A DNA stretch of 64,000 nucleotides from Callorhinchus milii (GCF_018977255.1 NW_024704742.1:2358001-2422000), one strand, 5' to 3'; shown: positions 51,040-63,282, numbered from the stretch's first letter. The notes: generated by a model not told the origin, from the sequence alone. Translations and numbers: made by a program.

Positions 51040-51295
51040 GTAATAACAATAACGCTTGCATTTGACATAGCGCCTTATCATGTCGTCGGGATGCCTCAAA
51101 GCGCTTCACAGAACCTATTGTAAAGTGGATTGACTGTGTGCATTTTGTGGGCAAAACACGGAAGCCAATTGCGCACAGCGGTGACCCGCACGCAGACAGT
51201 GGTGGATTGAGTGACCAAATTTTTTTTGGGTGGAGGGATTATTACCCACCGGAAAGCGATCTACCAATCGAATAACAACCGGGTTCCTACTTACT
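51040..51295 (-). mobile_element. tRNA-Ala SINE family, long form, head missing
   Basis: Reverse 3' module plus CCAATCGAATAACAACCGGGTTCCTACTTACT central segment. Confidence 0.8.
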
Positions 51296-52234
51296 ATGTG
51301 CAGCGCTCTCCCAGCATTGTATTGGAGTGTCAGTGTACAGTCTAACGCAGATGAAACTACAAACCCTATTCCAAATTGCCCCTATTGGCAAAAAAAATTC
51401 CATGCATTTGATACAATGAGCAAAACTGTCCATTGCACACTGCTTGTTGCCTTGAGTGACAAACTACTGCAGGAATCCGAAAGTAATGGCAGATGTACTG
51501 TGTGCCTCTCTCCAATTAATGCAAGTGTTTTTCACTTTATTTTGTCTCTAACATCCTGCCGCCTGCCATTGCCAGGATGCCACCATCCTCTGAAACTATT
51601 CTGGTTAATTAGAATCGTCTCCTATGTCAGCAAATAAACACTTGACTTGCTTTTCTCATCTTGAATGTCTTGACAAGCAGAAAAAAAAATATTCGGCAGA
51701 TGAACTGCTCAGTATTCATTACATAAAAGTCATGAAACTGTCTTTGAAATGCTCACCTCCTTTGGCATTTGCACTGAATAGGATGACGATGCTTCCATTC
51801 TCACATTCTTTCAATTCTCATTTCACGGAGAGCATTTATTTTGGGTTGAAATGGTTTGCGACGTAACCTGGGTAGCATGGCTTGTCGTTTGCCAACGTTA
51901 ACGCGCTCCCCTGCTCTTAGAGCACAATCACGCAACAGTAGACGACTGCAAAGGAAACGGGCTCCAAAAGTGTCAGCTCGAATTGGCCTCTTTGACTTGC
52001 TCTCAGTAAGTAAGTCTGACATTTCCTGACTAGCCCCATTCTCCCCACACCTCCCTCAGATTACTGCACAGTGAAGGCAAGACGTCAAGAGATCTGAAGG
52101 CCAGTACACCCAACCCTTTTGCCGAAAGGATGGGTGCGTAGCGATGAGAAAATAAGTGAGGATGACAGAAAAGTAAGTTGTAGGAGAAATATGTGGAGCA
52201 TCGATGCCTAGATTGAAGCTAAGCCACCCACACC

Positions 52235-52320
52235 CAAAGGATCCGTGTTGAATCGTGGCCTGTACTGAGTGAGCTGATCTCACCTCGGGCAGCAGTCAAG
52301 GCACTACACTTGGAGAGCCA
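52235..52320 (+). mobile_element. AmnSINE2-like fragment
   Basis: TGGCCTGTACTGAGTGAGCTGATCTCACCTCGGGCAGCAGT..GCACTACACTTGG. Confidence 0.65.
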
Positions 52321-53404
52321 AGTCAAGTATTTGCATTAAAGAGAACTACCTCACTGCGGATAAGCAAGCAGTGCAGGTAATTGGATACCAGGCAAAATTG
52401 TTCTACCAGGAGATTCTCCCTCACTTCTCTCTTTGCTTTTTTTCTGTCTCGCTGGGAACAAAAGAGCCCAAGGCACGACTCAAAAAAGAGTAGGGATTTT
52501 CTCTCGACGTCAACAACAACATCTTGCATTTATATAAAGCTCTTCACGTGGGTAGAGTCCCGGAGAGCAATAATTCCCCATATAACAAATACACAGTCAT
52601 TACTCTCCACTCTTAATTCTTCATCCTCCCAGATTCCTTAGCATTGAGGAGATTCAGGGAGATCTGATTGGTAATCACACTCATTGCTTCTCAGTCAATC
52701 GTTTTGCAGAAACGTTTGAAGGAAGTAACGAAATGGAACATCTTGATTTGCAGTATGTGGCACGTAATTAAATCTTTCTTTAACGTATATTCTATTTTCA
52801 TCCTGAGGGGTTTAAGTAAAGGTTAATTTTTGGTGCTGTAGTTAATGATACTTCCCTTTTGAAAATGCAGAAACATTTGTCAAATTTTACTGATAAAGAG
52901 CTTCATGCAGTATTATCGTAACTTTTAAGTTGGAGGACTAGATCAGAGCGACACAAAAAGATATTGCAATGATCTGAATGTGAGGTGTAGCACAATGAGA
53001 TGTCCAGTTACAAGTTGTTAACTCTGGCAGCGCTGAAGATTGATGTTCAGCCTGATTTCCGTGTGGCTGTTCACTCACAAATTCATGCTACACGCTACAT
53101 TTATATTCTTTGATTTTTTTCAGTCTTGAGCTGAGGGAACACTGCATTGTTAGAGGAGCCATTCATCACATTGGATGTTACAACAACAAAAGCACTGCCA
53201 AATTATATTTACACAGTACCATTCACATCAGTAATACGTCACAATGTGCTTCACACAACTGCCTATGAGCCTTTAGGGGGTTAGGGGCAACAGAAGTCAG
53301 AGAGCGGAGGGGAAAGGTGGCTGGAGGAAAAAACATATTTAAAAAGACGGATGTAAAGGTCACAAGGTTGGTTTGGATGAAGAAGGCCCTTCTTCCAGAA
53401 CACT

Positions 53405-53580
53405 CATCCTACTGTCCACCCATCACCGGGTCAAATGCGTCCAGTGTCCTGGCCTCAACCACCTTTCCAGGTGACATGTTCCAGTTGTCGTTTATCCTCA
53501 GAGTAAAGATAAACTTCCGGGTGTCTGTCCTGACATTTCCCTGTACAACTGTAAACCTACGTCCTCTTGTTCTACCATCA
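53405..53580 (-). mobile_element. CR1 ORF2 end
   Basis: Minus ORF GRTRGRRFTVVQGNVRTDTRKFIFTLRINDNWNMSP matches the CR1 RTRGH..RxDxRKxFFxQRVxxxWNxLP motif. Confidence 0.85.
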
Positions 53581-53717
53581 GTTACATCGTACAGCACTGA
53601 ACCGGGTTTACTTCTCAATCTTATTGAAATTTAAGGTGAGTTTTGAAGGCGGACAGGGAATGGAGGAGGAGAGTAGACTCCAGGATGGAGTCCAAGAGAC
53701 TGGGGGCATTTTTGATT

Positions 53718-53850
53718 TATTCTCTCTAATACACTCGTCATCTTCTGCTGCAGTACTGTTCTATGGGTGCTGGTCACTCCATACCACTGCTCCAGGAACC
53801 ATGATTCATGTGTGGGCCGAAATGGTGAGTGTCAGTTTGAGCTGCTGCAG
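53718..53850 (-). mobile_element. AmnSINE2-like 3' fragment
   Basis: GTTCTATGGGTGCTGG...TTCATGTGTGGGCC..GTGAGTGTCAG resembles the reverse of the recalled AmnSINE2 3' part. Confidence 0.6.
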
Positions 53851-53859
53851 AATTGAAGT

Positions 53860-54155
53860 GCTAATAATCCTTGCATTTGATGAAACGTCCATCACAGAGA
53901 AACAGATCAAAGTGCTTCGGAGGCAATTGCTGTCAAGTGTAATGATTGTGTTTTTTGTTGGTAAACGTCAATTTACACACAGTGAGGTCCCGCAAACAGC
54001 CAGTCACGTGTCAGTGAAGGGCTAATTATCTGGAGGTTTGTTGGCGAGAACGCGGGCAAAGACTCCCTTCTCTTTTCGAACAGTTTTTAGAGGACTGTTA
54101 ACATTCATCCAAACAGACAGACAGGACTTCGCTTTAAGCAATTTATCCTGAAGAT
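53860..54155 (-). mobile_element. Degraded Deu-domain SINE
   Basis: TAATCCTTGCATTTGAT...ACTCCCTTCTCTTTTCGAA...TTAACATTCATCC..GACAGGAC. Confidence 0.7.
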
Positions 54156-54314
54156 GGATTTTTTTTTTTTTAACTTGATATGACCAAGTCACCCGGGAAA
54201 ATGAAAGGAAAGGATATAAAAATCATATTCAGATTTTTATCGCAACGTTTTTGTTAAGTGGAGGGATTTAACTTTAAGGTCCGCATGGAACGCAATGATC
54301 TTAACTAGTCCTGT

Positions 54315-54425
54315 CAATGATAAGCTACGCGGTTTTAGCTGGTTAAAAACAGTACCCAACCCACACTCTGGGGTCTCCAGCTTTGGCTATTGCCGGCCTG
54401 CGCCTAATACTCTCTGGAATTATCT
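54315..54425 (+). repeat. Unclassified dispersed repeat fragment
   Basis: CAGTACCCAACCCACACTCTGGGGTCTCCAG..TTGGCT..CCTGCGCCTAATACTCTCTGGAATTA, with a 26-nt exact match to 46936-46961. Confidence 0.8.
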
Positions 54426-55309
54426 TTTCCAATCCTCTACGTCCCTTATATTCCAACGTTGAAAATAATACAAACTGCACAACGCAACAATGCTTTAACC
54501 TATATATAAAAAAAACAATTCTTGTGGTGATTGGTAGATGAACACACATAGCAAGGGAAAGCTGGTTTAACTGTACTGTGCTAAACAAGTCTTACAGCAG
54601 CCGTGCACAGATTACATGAGGCAACACGACACGTGGAGCTAGTTTGAAGGGTAAGTTAATGATGCTTCTTCATTTAAGCTCTAGGTCTTTGTTCGGGGAA
54701 AAAAAAGCCAGCTCCTTCTTAGGCTATTAGTAGATAGTTCACCACTTAGCCCCTTTAAAAATGGATTTGGCAGTGCTTTTGACATTTAAATTAAATCAGT
54801 AAAATGTGAGACTCCATTGGGGAATTGATGCCCACTCACCAGCCAACCGCATTGCGTTATTTTAATAGGTTATTTCCAAAAGCCGAGGAATCTAGCCGAG
54901 GCAGCCTGCGTTTGAAGTCAATTAAGAGTCTCCCATCAACATCACTACATGGGATGTCTCACCCTCTGGTCGTCCTGTCCAAAATGTTTAAGAATTCAGT
55001 ATTCAGACTGCTGGCATTGTAATAACCAAAAGGAAACCCATTTACGTACGATTTGAACTTGCCCCGCGACATTAAAATAGTTTACTCTCAGATGGCGTGA
55101 AGTCTGCAAGAGAGCTGTAAATGTGTGGCTGGATCCTGACTCCAGGATCTCTGAGTTTAGCGATGCAATTCCGAAATTAAACTCGCAGCTAATTTGGTAA
55201 TAGCCTGCAGGAAGATAACATTTAGTGCGAGCAGCCTCTCTTCATGTTACCTCTCTCTCCCTGTGCTTCTTGCTGGAAGTCACACACTTCTAGTCACTTT
55301 GCAACCATC

Positions 55310-55370
55310 GCCAGCTCGGCTCAGTTGTAGCGCTCTCGCCTCTGGGTCGGAAGGTTACGCGGTCAAAGGC
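55310..55370 (+). mobile_element. Isolated Deu-SINE tRNA-like head
   Basis: GGCTCAGTTGTAGCGCTCTCGCCTCTGGGTCGGAAGGTT. Confidence 0.7.
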
Positions 55371-55464
55371 CGCATTGGGGCTCGAAAGCGAAAGTGAGCG
55401 GTTCAACAAAGTTAGGATTAATAGGCTGTTCTCACTTTCTGGGAAGCCTACAAGCAGGAGACAA

Positions 55465-55725
55465 GAGTATAAGACAATGACTGGAGGATCTGAAAAGAGG
55501 ATTTAGGAGGAAATTCTTCACGCAGAGGGCAGCGAGAATGAGAAACTCACTGCCCGAGGAGGTGGTTGAAACAGATAGTATAGATGCATTTAAGAGGAAG
55601 CTAGATATACACATGAGGGAAAGGGGATGAGAAGGGTATGCGAACGAGCAAGTGGGTGGAGACTTGCGTGGAGTATAAACACTGACACAGACTAATAGGG
55701 TCAAATGGTCTGTTTCCATGTTGTA
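55465..55725 (+). mobile_element. CR1 3' end
   Basis: GATTTAGGAGGAAATTCTTCACGCAGAGG...AACTCACTGCC...GCATTTAAGAGGAAGCTAGAT...AATGGTCTGTTTCCATGTTGTA. Confidence 0.85.
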
Positions 55726-57339
55726 CAGTGGGGTGTACTCCATAATGGATAGATTAGTCACCCGCTGTTGAAGGCATTGGATGGAGCATTTGACTTAACG
55801 ATACCTTATGGTCTGAAGGTAATACCCACTTGTTGAATCACCGTCTCATGTAACAAGAAACTGGAAATTACAACGTTAAATGCAGGGATTTCCACTTTTA
55901 AGTGAGGGTTCCCCGTGGCAGACTTCAACACGATAAATTAAACAAACCCAAAGTGACAAATATTGCAGAGGAGTAAATTGTGCAGATTATTCATGCTTAT
56001 TGACAGTGCAATTGAGGACAGGGGCAGAACTCTGCAAGGCGATTTCCACGTGTGTGTTTGTGCCTTCATAGCTCAATGCAAATGTTTTCCTTGTAAATTA
56101 CAGACATACACCAGAATTGAGACTCATTAGCTTAAAAGAAAAATCCCCTTGTTGTTTCAAAATATTTGAACAGAAGAAACTCAACAGCAATATAAAATCC
56201 ATTTAGAAAATCTCATTTCCTTTGGGGGCTCTGTGTTGTCAGAATGTCATTTGGGGAATAATAAAGTACAAAGAAACAAGACACAAAACATTACTAAGAA
56301 ATTTACATCTCATTTTTTCCCCGAAGTACTCCGTACATGATTGCATCTGTACATTTGCAAATAGACATATTCGAATATTTAATACAACATCGGCCAGCCT
56401 GTTCCAGTGCACCAGGTGTGGATGTCAGGTGAGGATTTGGTAGGTCTCACTTGTCCTGCACCCACACGGCCCACAGTTGCACTCTCACAATCTGCCCCCG
56501 CTCTCCGGGCACATACCTGAAGAATAGTTTCAGTTACTTGGTCAACCAGCTGAAGGGCAACTGGAATTGTATCACGTCAACAGTCGGTGCTTTCTGGTTA
56601 GCAATTGGAGAAAGAAACAAAGACAGCGCACGGAATAGATATTAAGGCTATCAGTGCATTTAATTTTGCGCCTCAGCACATTGTCGAGACGTCTCAAAGA
56701 GCTTCTCGGGACCTTACTGTGAACGGTAATGACTGTGTGTTTGTACGAGAACCGGCAGGGGCTGAATTTCCTCTACTGACTCCAGTATGTTGATTGGGAC
56801 TAAAACCAGTCCAAAGATTTCGGCACCGCGATTGTTGTTGTCAGTCCGCTAGCAACCGCTGTTATTGCCAGATGCAGAGTGCCACATTTCATTGCTGCTT
56901 CACGGGATATCAGCCCAACTCAATCTCATGTGTTGTGTTCACTGAAGTGCTTTATATATGAGGAATACCCTGGGAATTGTCAGTCTGCTCTCCATAGCTG
57001 TTGCAGAATACAAAAAAATACTTGTGCGAGACTTGTATGCAAAGTGTCGACAGCATTGTCAGTTTCGTCCCCGGAGCTCACGGTATAATTGTTTCCAGGT
57101 CTGGAGTCAATTACTGCCAAGGGTTATCCTTTGTGTGTATGCTTGATGCTGTCCAATTGAGGAATTAGCTGTCAGTTTAAGATTACTCTGCATTTTTCGA
57201 AAATGAATTTCTGACGAGCAGAATTTAGTCAATAAGCTGGGTGCTGGGTAGAACATGAAGGTCAGAGAGGTTAGTGAGCAGCCCACGTTCATTGAGAAGG
57301 CAGGCCACATTTGGACCTAGCTACCATACAATAGGAGCA

Positions 57340-57650
57340 GAGTCCTGTAGCTCAGTGGTTAGAGCACTCGCCTCGCAAGCGAGAGACCTGGGTTCGATCT
57401 CCGGCAGGGCCAAACCTTGGGCAAGTTTCCTTACTCCACGCGTCTGATAATAATCCCTCAAGAAAAAAACAATGATAACCTGGTCACTCAATCCACGACT
57501 GTTTGTGGGGACGCTGCTGTGCACAATTGGCTGCCGGTTTTCGCCCACAAATATCCAGTCAATTCACTTTACAGTATACTCTGTGAAGAAGCGCTTTGAC
57601 ATGTCTTCTTGAAATGAAAGGAACTGTACAAACCGTAAGGATTGCTATTA
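57340..57650 (+). mobile_element. tRNA-Ala-headed SINE, short form
   Basis: GAGTCCTGTAGCTCAGTGGTTAGAGCACTCGCCTCGCAAGCGAGAGACCTGGGTTCGATCTCC; 3' module. Confidence 0.9.
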
Positions 57651-58811
57651 GCAATAGTCCTCCTCCACTGAAGACAATATTCCAGCTGTCTGGCAGTTCA
57701 ATTAATCAATACACTGCCCACGGACAACCTCCACGCACAGTAGAACTCTGTTACAATGCATCATTTTGGGGCCATAATATCCCAATCAACAATATAACAG
57801 GTACAGTTGCCGATCAGATCAATTCTGTTAAGGAAAGATAAGATCTGATGTTTTGAGAGCTTTCATCAGGATCACTCTTGTGAAACAATTACACATCATA
57901 GGAATTGATAGCACAGAAGGCTCTCTGGCCATTGTGTCTGTATTGGCTCTTTTTAAGAACAATGTGTGTAGCTTTATCGTCCCATTATTTAATTCAGAAT
58001 GAAACACAAGACTTTCAGCAGATGTGCAAATTGCCCGATCTTAGGCCAGTCGTTTTTGTACCCACTGCAGGTATTGTATTGGAACGAGAACCCATTTCCA
58101 TATTCCCATTACTCTACCCCACTCTCCATTTGAGCTAATATCACCAGGCTTGAAATTCCAGTAAGATTGTAATGTAAGTAAAATTGCATTAGATATCCTC
58201 TCAACTCCTTCACATGAAAAATTAAAAGACAGTTCAGCCAGGCATCTGGGGCCATTTTAAGCTGTGAAATAAAGGTTTAAAAACTTGTTTTTTTTGCTCG
58301 GTTACGTATGCTACAGCCTGTACAAACCAAACTGATGTGAGATTGTTTCCCTGAGGCGCTCTCAATTCTGACTAAACAAAAATTGCTGTAAGATCACTGC
58401 TTTAAAACTACCATATGTGGGTTGATTTGACCCAATTTTCACAGAGAATCGAATTCCTCGAGTCATTGCTTCTCAGGTTCGGCCTTATTTATCGCTTCCT
58501 TGCATCATATCCCTTTAGTTCTTAAAAATTACCTCTGCACATCACTGACTCATTTAATTGGCTTTACAACTTGCTTCTTCAATTGTATTTTCAAAAGAAT
58601 TTCTATCAATTTACTTTTTTCATGCCTCAGTGGTTAAAACCTGGGACTTAACTTTGGTTACTCTTTTCCGAGTCCTACTCTTTCCACTTTGTTTTGTAAG
58701 TGTAAGAACCACAACTGCAGCTGGTGCACGAGTAGCCTCATCCATACACATCATCTATACATTCCATGAATTCAAATCTATGGTTAGCAATCAGTTGAAT
58801 GCATTTGCGTA

Positions 58812-58995
58812 TCAGCCTGGCTCAGATACTAGCACGTTCACCTTTGACTCAGAAGGTTGAGGCTTGTGAGGCTGCAACTGGACTGCTGTATTTGCCTTTA
58901 AACATTGTTACTCCGTTTCATAGTAAATCGTGTGAAGCTCTTTGAGACATCCTCCCGACCTGAAAAGGCGCTCTACCAAATGCAAAGGTTATTAT
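58812..58995 (+). mobile_element. Internally deleted Deu-SINE (head joined to tail)
   Basis: TCAGCCTGGCTCAG..TGACTCAGAAGGTTG followed within about 60 bp by GTGAAGCTCTTTGAGACATCCTCCCGACCTGAAAAGGCGC. Confidence 0.6.
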
Positions 58996-59117
58996 TTTCC
59001 TTTACATGATGGTCTGTCACCATGATAGTATGTTCCCCCCCCCCCCCACTGTTATTTTTATGATGTTTTGAACACAAAATGTGCAGTCCTTTAAACTAGG
59101 TGCAAAATTATGGGTCT

Positions 59118-59662
59118 ACAACAACAACAACAACAAAATTACATTTGTATAGCACCTTTCATGTCAGGAGGATGTCCCAAGGCGCTGGACAGACAGAGTT
59201 ATGGACCCGAGCTGGGGGTTGGGATCGGGGAGGGTGGAGGGGAGGGTGGGGGGAAGCAGGGAGATTGAAAGCACGGTCGAAGAAGAGGGTCGTGAGATGT
59301 GTCTTGAAGGAGGAGAGGGAGGAGGTGAGGTGGCGGGACTGCGGGATGGAGTTCCAGAGTGTGGGGGCAGAGTGTCAGAAAGCCCACCCACCAGTGATGG
59401 GGCGAGCGAGGCGGGGGAATTGAAGCAGGCCAGAGACCGCTGAGCGGAGGGAGCGAGCAGGATGGTAGGGGGTTATGAGGTCGCAGTGGTAGGGGGGCAG
59501 CAAGACCATGGAGGGCTTTGAAGGTGAGGAGCAGGATCTTGAACTGTATCCTCTGTGTGATGGGAAGCCGGTGGAGTCGGGCGAGGATGGGGGTGATAGG
59601 GTCACGGAGCCTGGCGCGGGAGAGGACACGGGCAGCAGAGTCCTGGTTGATCTCCAGAACTT
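59118..59662 (-). mobile_element. L2 LINE 3' end, best-preserved copy
   Basis: Minus translation NQDSAARVLSRARLRDPITPILARLHRLPITQRIQFKILLLTFKALHGLA matches the L2 ORF2 C-terminus; 3' UTR and (TTG)n tail. Confidence 0.9.
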
Positions 59663-61110
59663 TCCAACCCAAGACATGCGCACTGTCAACAGAAAGGCAG
59701 TGAAATGATTCCCTAGGGTGCTGTACAGTTTATGGCTCTCCAATTAGAACTACTCTGATTGATCGGACGACCCCTTTGTCTACTATAAATAAACTACCAA
59801 GTAATTGTCCAATTTATTGCTTCCCCTGTTATGGATGTCCTCCCGAGGTGAAAGGCGCTCTATAAATGTAATTTCGTCGTCGTTGTTGTTGTTGTATCAC
59901 GAGAGCCTTCATTTCAGTCACAAATCTCATTTAAAAAAAAAATTGGAATGGAATTCTGAAAGTCACGATGCATCACATCAGCTGCACTGCCCTTATCCAC
60001 CTGTTCTGCTCCAATCTCAAAAGGCATCGAAATAAACGTGCACGGCATTAGCAGCGGGTCAGAACTCCACCTGGACTTGATTTGCCCCTTGCCTTGCCTT
60101 GCCTTACTCTCAGTAAATAGGCTTGAATTACTTCCTTTATAATGGACTCAACTCGTTTGGGTTGTGCGCGCAAGGAATGGAATTCCCAGGATCGTGCTTC
60201 CCAACATTTTAAAGACTTGGAATAAAATCGTCGAGTTGCCAAAAGTTTGGTACAGACGTTGCACCTGTTAAGCCATCTTGTTGGAATACGATCCACTATT
60301 CTATCTTTGGATACAAATCCTGGACTCATTGAACTACAAATTGCCTTCACATCTCCCACAGACCCCTTTACTGCTGTCCTCGTTTCTTTATGCACTTTTG
60401 AACTAGTCCTATGAGCTGAGGCTATTCACACGCTGCCGGGGCTTTTTCTGCAGCATTGAGGAGAGGCTTTGTTAATTGCTGATGCTCCTGATGCACGCTG
60501 CTTAACTTAAGCCAACACATTCACCCTTCTCCTTCCTTCCTTCCGCTCTATGAACTGTGCACACGAAAAAACCTAATGTCAGATTGATTGAACTCCCTGC
60601 GAGCTTCCTGATAGGACTCATTCAAAAACAGCTTGATGCTGTAACGGAGGAAATGGTAGGGTGGGTGTTCTGTAAGGATGAGATTGGATGGGCCAAAGGA
60701 CTTTTTTCTTCTTGGGGGCATGTTTTTGCTGTGGAAAGTGAGCAGGCTTTCACTGATGAAAGTGGGTATCAGTCTTCCTTTGTTGAGAGTGTTGAGGAAA
60801 GGCTAAGGTGGCAGTACATCCCTTTGTGACAGTCACTTCAGCCCATCAAATAGCCCAGTTCACTTCCACTAAAATGGTTTGGTTAGATTGCAAAAAAAAA
60901 TTGGCTGGCAATGATCAGCCAGACGGAAAGAAAGATCCCATCAAGTCGCAGATTACCACAGTTAATTGAAATATCCTGAATCGGAGTGAAACAAATTGTG
61001 CTCGAAGACTAAGTGACGTGAAGACGTATACGAAAAGCAATTTATCGTCAATAAATAACCCGGTGCAATTAAAGATTTTAGTGTGTCGAATAGTTCTTTT
61101 TTAATTTCAG

Positions 61111-61149
61111 ATTCGCTAGTCAACAGGGAGACAGTATTTCCACCGGTCG
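61111..61149 (+). other. Candidate 39-nt frame-preserving micro-exon
   Basis: ttcttttttaatttcag|ATTCGCTAG...CCGGTCG|gtaagt; near-consensus sites; two of three frames open. Confidence 0.25.
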
Positions 61150-61284
61150 GTAAGTGAGTGAGGGACTAGAGGGCATCAGTTTATTTATTTAATAAGCAAA
61201 TGGGTAGGTTACGAGAATATTTGTCACGCACAAAGTAGTTAAGATATGGAATGCCCTGCCAGGTGCGTTGGGTGAGGCAGAATG

Positions 61285-61430
61285 AAAAGTGAGCTGGATA
61301 AATACTTAAAAAGAAGTCAGTTACAGAGCTTTGGGGAAAGGAAGATAAATAGGACTGAAAGGATTGCTCTTCAAGAAGGTGGCACCGGCAGAATGTACTG
61401 AATGGCCTTCTTGTGTGTTGTTGATTTCTG
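61285..61430 (+). mobile_element. CR1 3' end
   Basis: GAGCTGGATAAATACTTAAAA...GCTCTTCAAGAAGG...GAATGGCCTTCTTGTGTGTTG; counterpart of 49888-50045. Confidence 0.7.
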
Positions 61431-61479
61431 CGATTCTTCTCACTTGGCTGCCACACACGCACATACACCCGAACTAACC

Positions 61480-61660
61480 AGTGCTAGAAAGAGAACAGGA
61501 ACTATGGTTGGTTTCCCCTCTCTTTATCCCCGGGAAGACAGAGATAATTTAACCTACACATCCAGCCCAATAAGTAAACTCAGCATGGGCTGCGATTCGA
61601 ACCAGCAATTTCCACTCGGTAAGCTGCAGCTGTCTCCATTACACCATTGAGCTGCCTCGC
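61480..61660 (-). mobile_element. AmnSINE2-like 5' part with tRNA-like head
   Basis: Minus strand: A box-like TGGTGTAATGG, B box GGTTCGAATC, then GCTGAGTTTAC..GGGGAAACCAACCA. Confidence 0.55.
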
Positions 61661-61754
61661 TAGATGATTTTCTTCAGCCATAGGTACACCAGCTAATAAG
61701 TCAGTCGATGGAATGAATCAGATAACAAGAGAAGCCGTGATTAAGTCTATTGTC

Positions 61755-62130
61755 GAATCCTGCAGCTTGGTGGTTAGAGCAATCACCTCGCAAGCGAGAG
61801 GACCTGGGTTCGATTCCCGTCAAGGCAAAATGTTGGGCAAGTTTCCTTACTCTGCACACCTGTTTAGCTAGCAGTAAGTAGGAACCCGGTTGTTAGTCGA
61901 TTGGCGGTTCGCTTTTCCAGGGGGGTTGTAATCGTTTAAAAAACATATAATATAATAATTTGGTCACACAATCCACAACTGTCTGTGGGACGCTGCTGTG
62001 CGCAATTGGCTGTCACATTTCGCCCACAAATATACAATCAATTCACTTTACAGCCTATTCTGTGAAGAGCTTTGACACGTCTCGAAGACGTGATAAGGCA
62101 CGATATGAAATGCTAGGATTATTTTATTAT
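61755..62130 (+). mobile_element. tRNA-Ala-headed SINE, long form, full length
   Basis: Head with GGTTCGATTCC, central CTGTTTAGCTAGCAGTAAGTAGGAACCCGGTTGTTAGTCGATTGG, 3' module. Confidence 0.9.
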
Positions 62131-62218
62131 TTTGTTTCCCTCTGACCCGAAGGGAAATAAATCTTCAGCCACAACTTGAAATACACAGCAAAAAAGGAGA
62201 AAAATAGATATTCCTTAC

Positions 62219-62260
62219 CATTCAGTAAGTCCCAAATAAGATCTGTCTGCCTTCGGTTGA
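62219..62260 (-). other. Candidate 42-nt frame-preserving exon
   Basis: Minus strand: tatatctatag|TCAACCGAAGG...ACTGAATG|gtaagg; open frames give NRRQTDLIWDLLN or QPKADRSYLGLTE. Confidence 0.3.
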
Positions 62261-63163
62261 CTATAGATATATATATACACATATATAATAAATAATATAT
62301 ATATACACAAAGAGAATCCAAACTTGCAAACAAATTTCCTCAAGAACTTTCTTGACATTTATGTTCCTGTCACATTTGGAACTGATCATTGGGATCGCAC
62401 TTATTCCTACCTCTGAGCCCCCATGAGCATAAAAATCATCGATCCCCACTCGATTGGAAAGGAAAAAGGAAAAATACTCAACTACAAGTCAATTGAAAAT
62501 ACAAAAAAAATAAACTTTCTCTCCTACGCTGCATTTTATTGACACATTTGATGCTGGAAGTTATCCCCAACTCTTCTCCTAGTGCGGCAACGCATTAAAC
62601 AGATCGTAACGTAGTACATCTTTAAGATCGATAAGCCTGTGTGACGCTGATGTGTGAGGTTATGGCTTCACCACAGCAGTTATTTTGTCGTAGCCTGGAG
62701 ACACAGAGTGACCGAATACAGGATCTATTCAAACCGATTCATAAGAGGAGCCCCAACTCAAATCCAACTCATTCATCTCCTGCCCTTCAGTGCTGATAAA
62801 ATACTTGATATTAGTTAATAAAAATAAATTTTTTCTACATCAGCCCAGGCCTGTAGCGAAACCTGTTCATTAGCTGATGACCTTTAATTCCTCTTGGGCC
62901 CCAAACTCTGCCATTTTAGTTTTATGACCGTCTGCGTTCACGCAAAGTACTGTTGTCTTTAAAGAAGTGAATGGGTCCCATTATTCATCGGAATCAATTT
63001 GGCCTTTGCCAAAAGCATTTTAAAATGTCTTCTAATTCTTGATGATAGCCTTCCTCTTCATCGGCAGGCTCACGCAACCGAAAGGCACACAGGGTTTGAA
63101 TGTTTTGTCTTGTTGAATTGGTTACCTCCCCTCCTCCAAGTCGGACATTGTTGCTGCTGACTC

Positions 63164-63282
63164 CTAGGTAAACCGAGGCGTGTGGAGTAAGGAAGCGTGC
63201 CCAACGTTTCGGCCTGCTGGGAATCAAACGCAAGTCTCTCGCTTGCGAGGCGAGGGCTCTAACCACTGAGCTACAGGACTCC
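63164..63282 (-). mobile_element. tRNA-Ala SINE 5' portion (long form)
   Basis: Reverse of GGAGTCCTGTAGCTCAGTGGTTAGAGC...CCTTACTCCACACGCCTCGGTTTACCTAG. Confidence 0.85.

Noticed and set aside
57340..57412. tRNA-Ala(CGC)-like gene (also 7451, 11408, 61755, 63210)
   Set aside because: Each continues directly into SINE body sequence and is mutated relative to the others; these are SINE heads, not tRNA genes.
57835..57880. Minus-strand hammerhead-like CTGATGA...CAAAAC (Penelope-type)
   Set aside because: The GAAA core is absent, and no convincing stem III or cleavage triplet is present; at most a dead remnant.
59199..59672. 157-aa ORF as a functional protein
   Set aside because: A 5'-truncated, frameshifted L2 ORF2 C-terminus lacking the RT and endonuclease domains.
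62994..63110. Protein-like peptide EPADEEEGYHQELEDILKCFWQRPN (minus strand)
   Set aside because: The ORF starts inside a SINE head, has no good splice acceptor and shows no recognisable homology.
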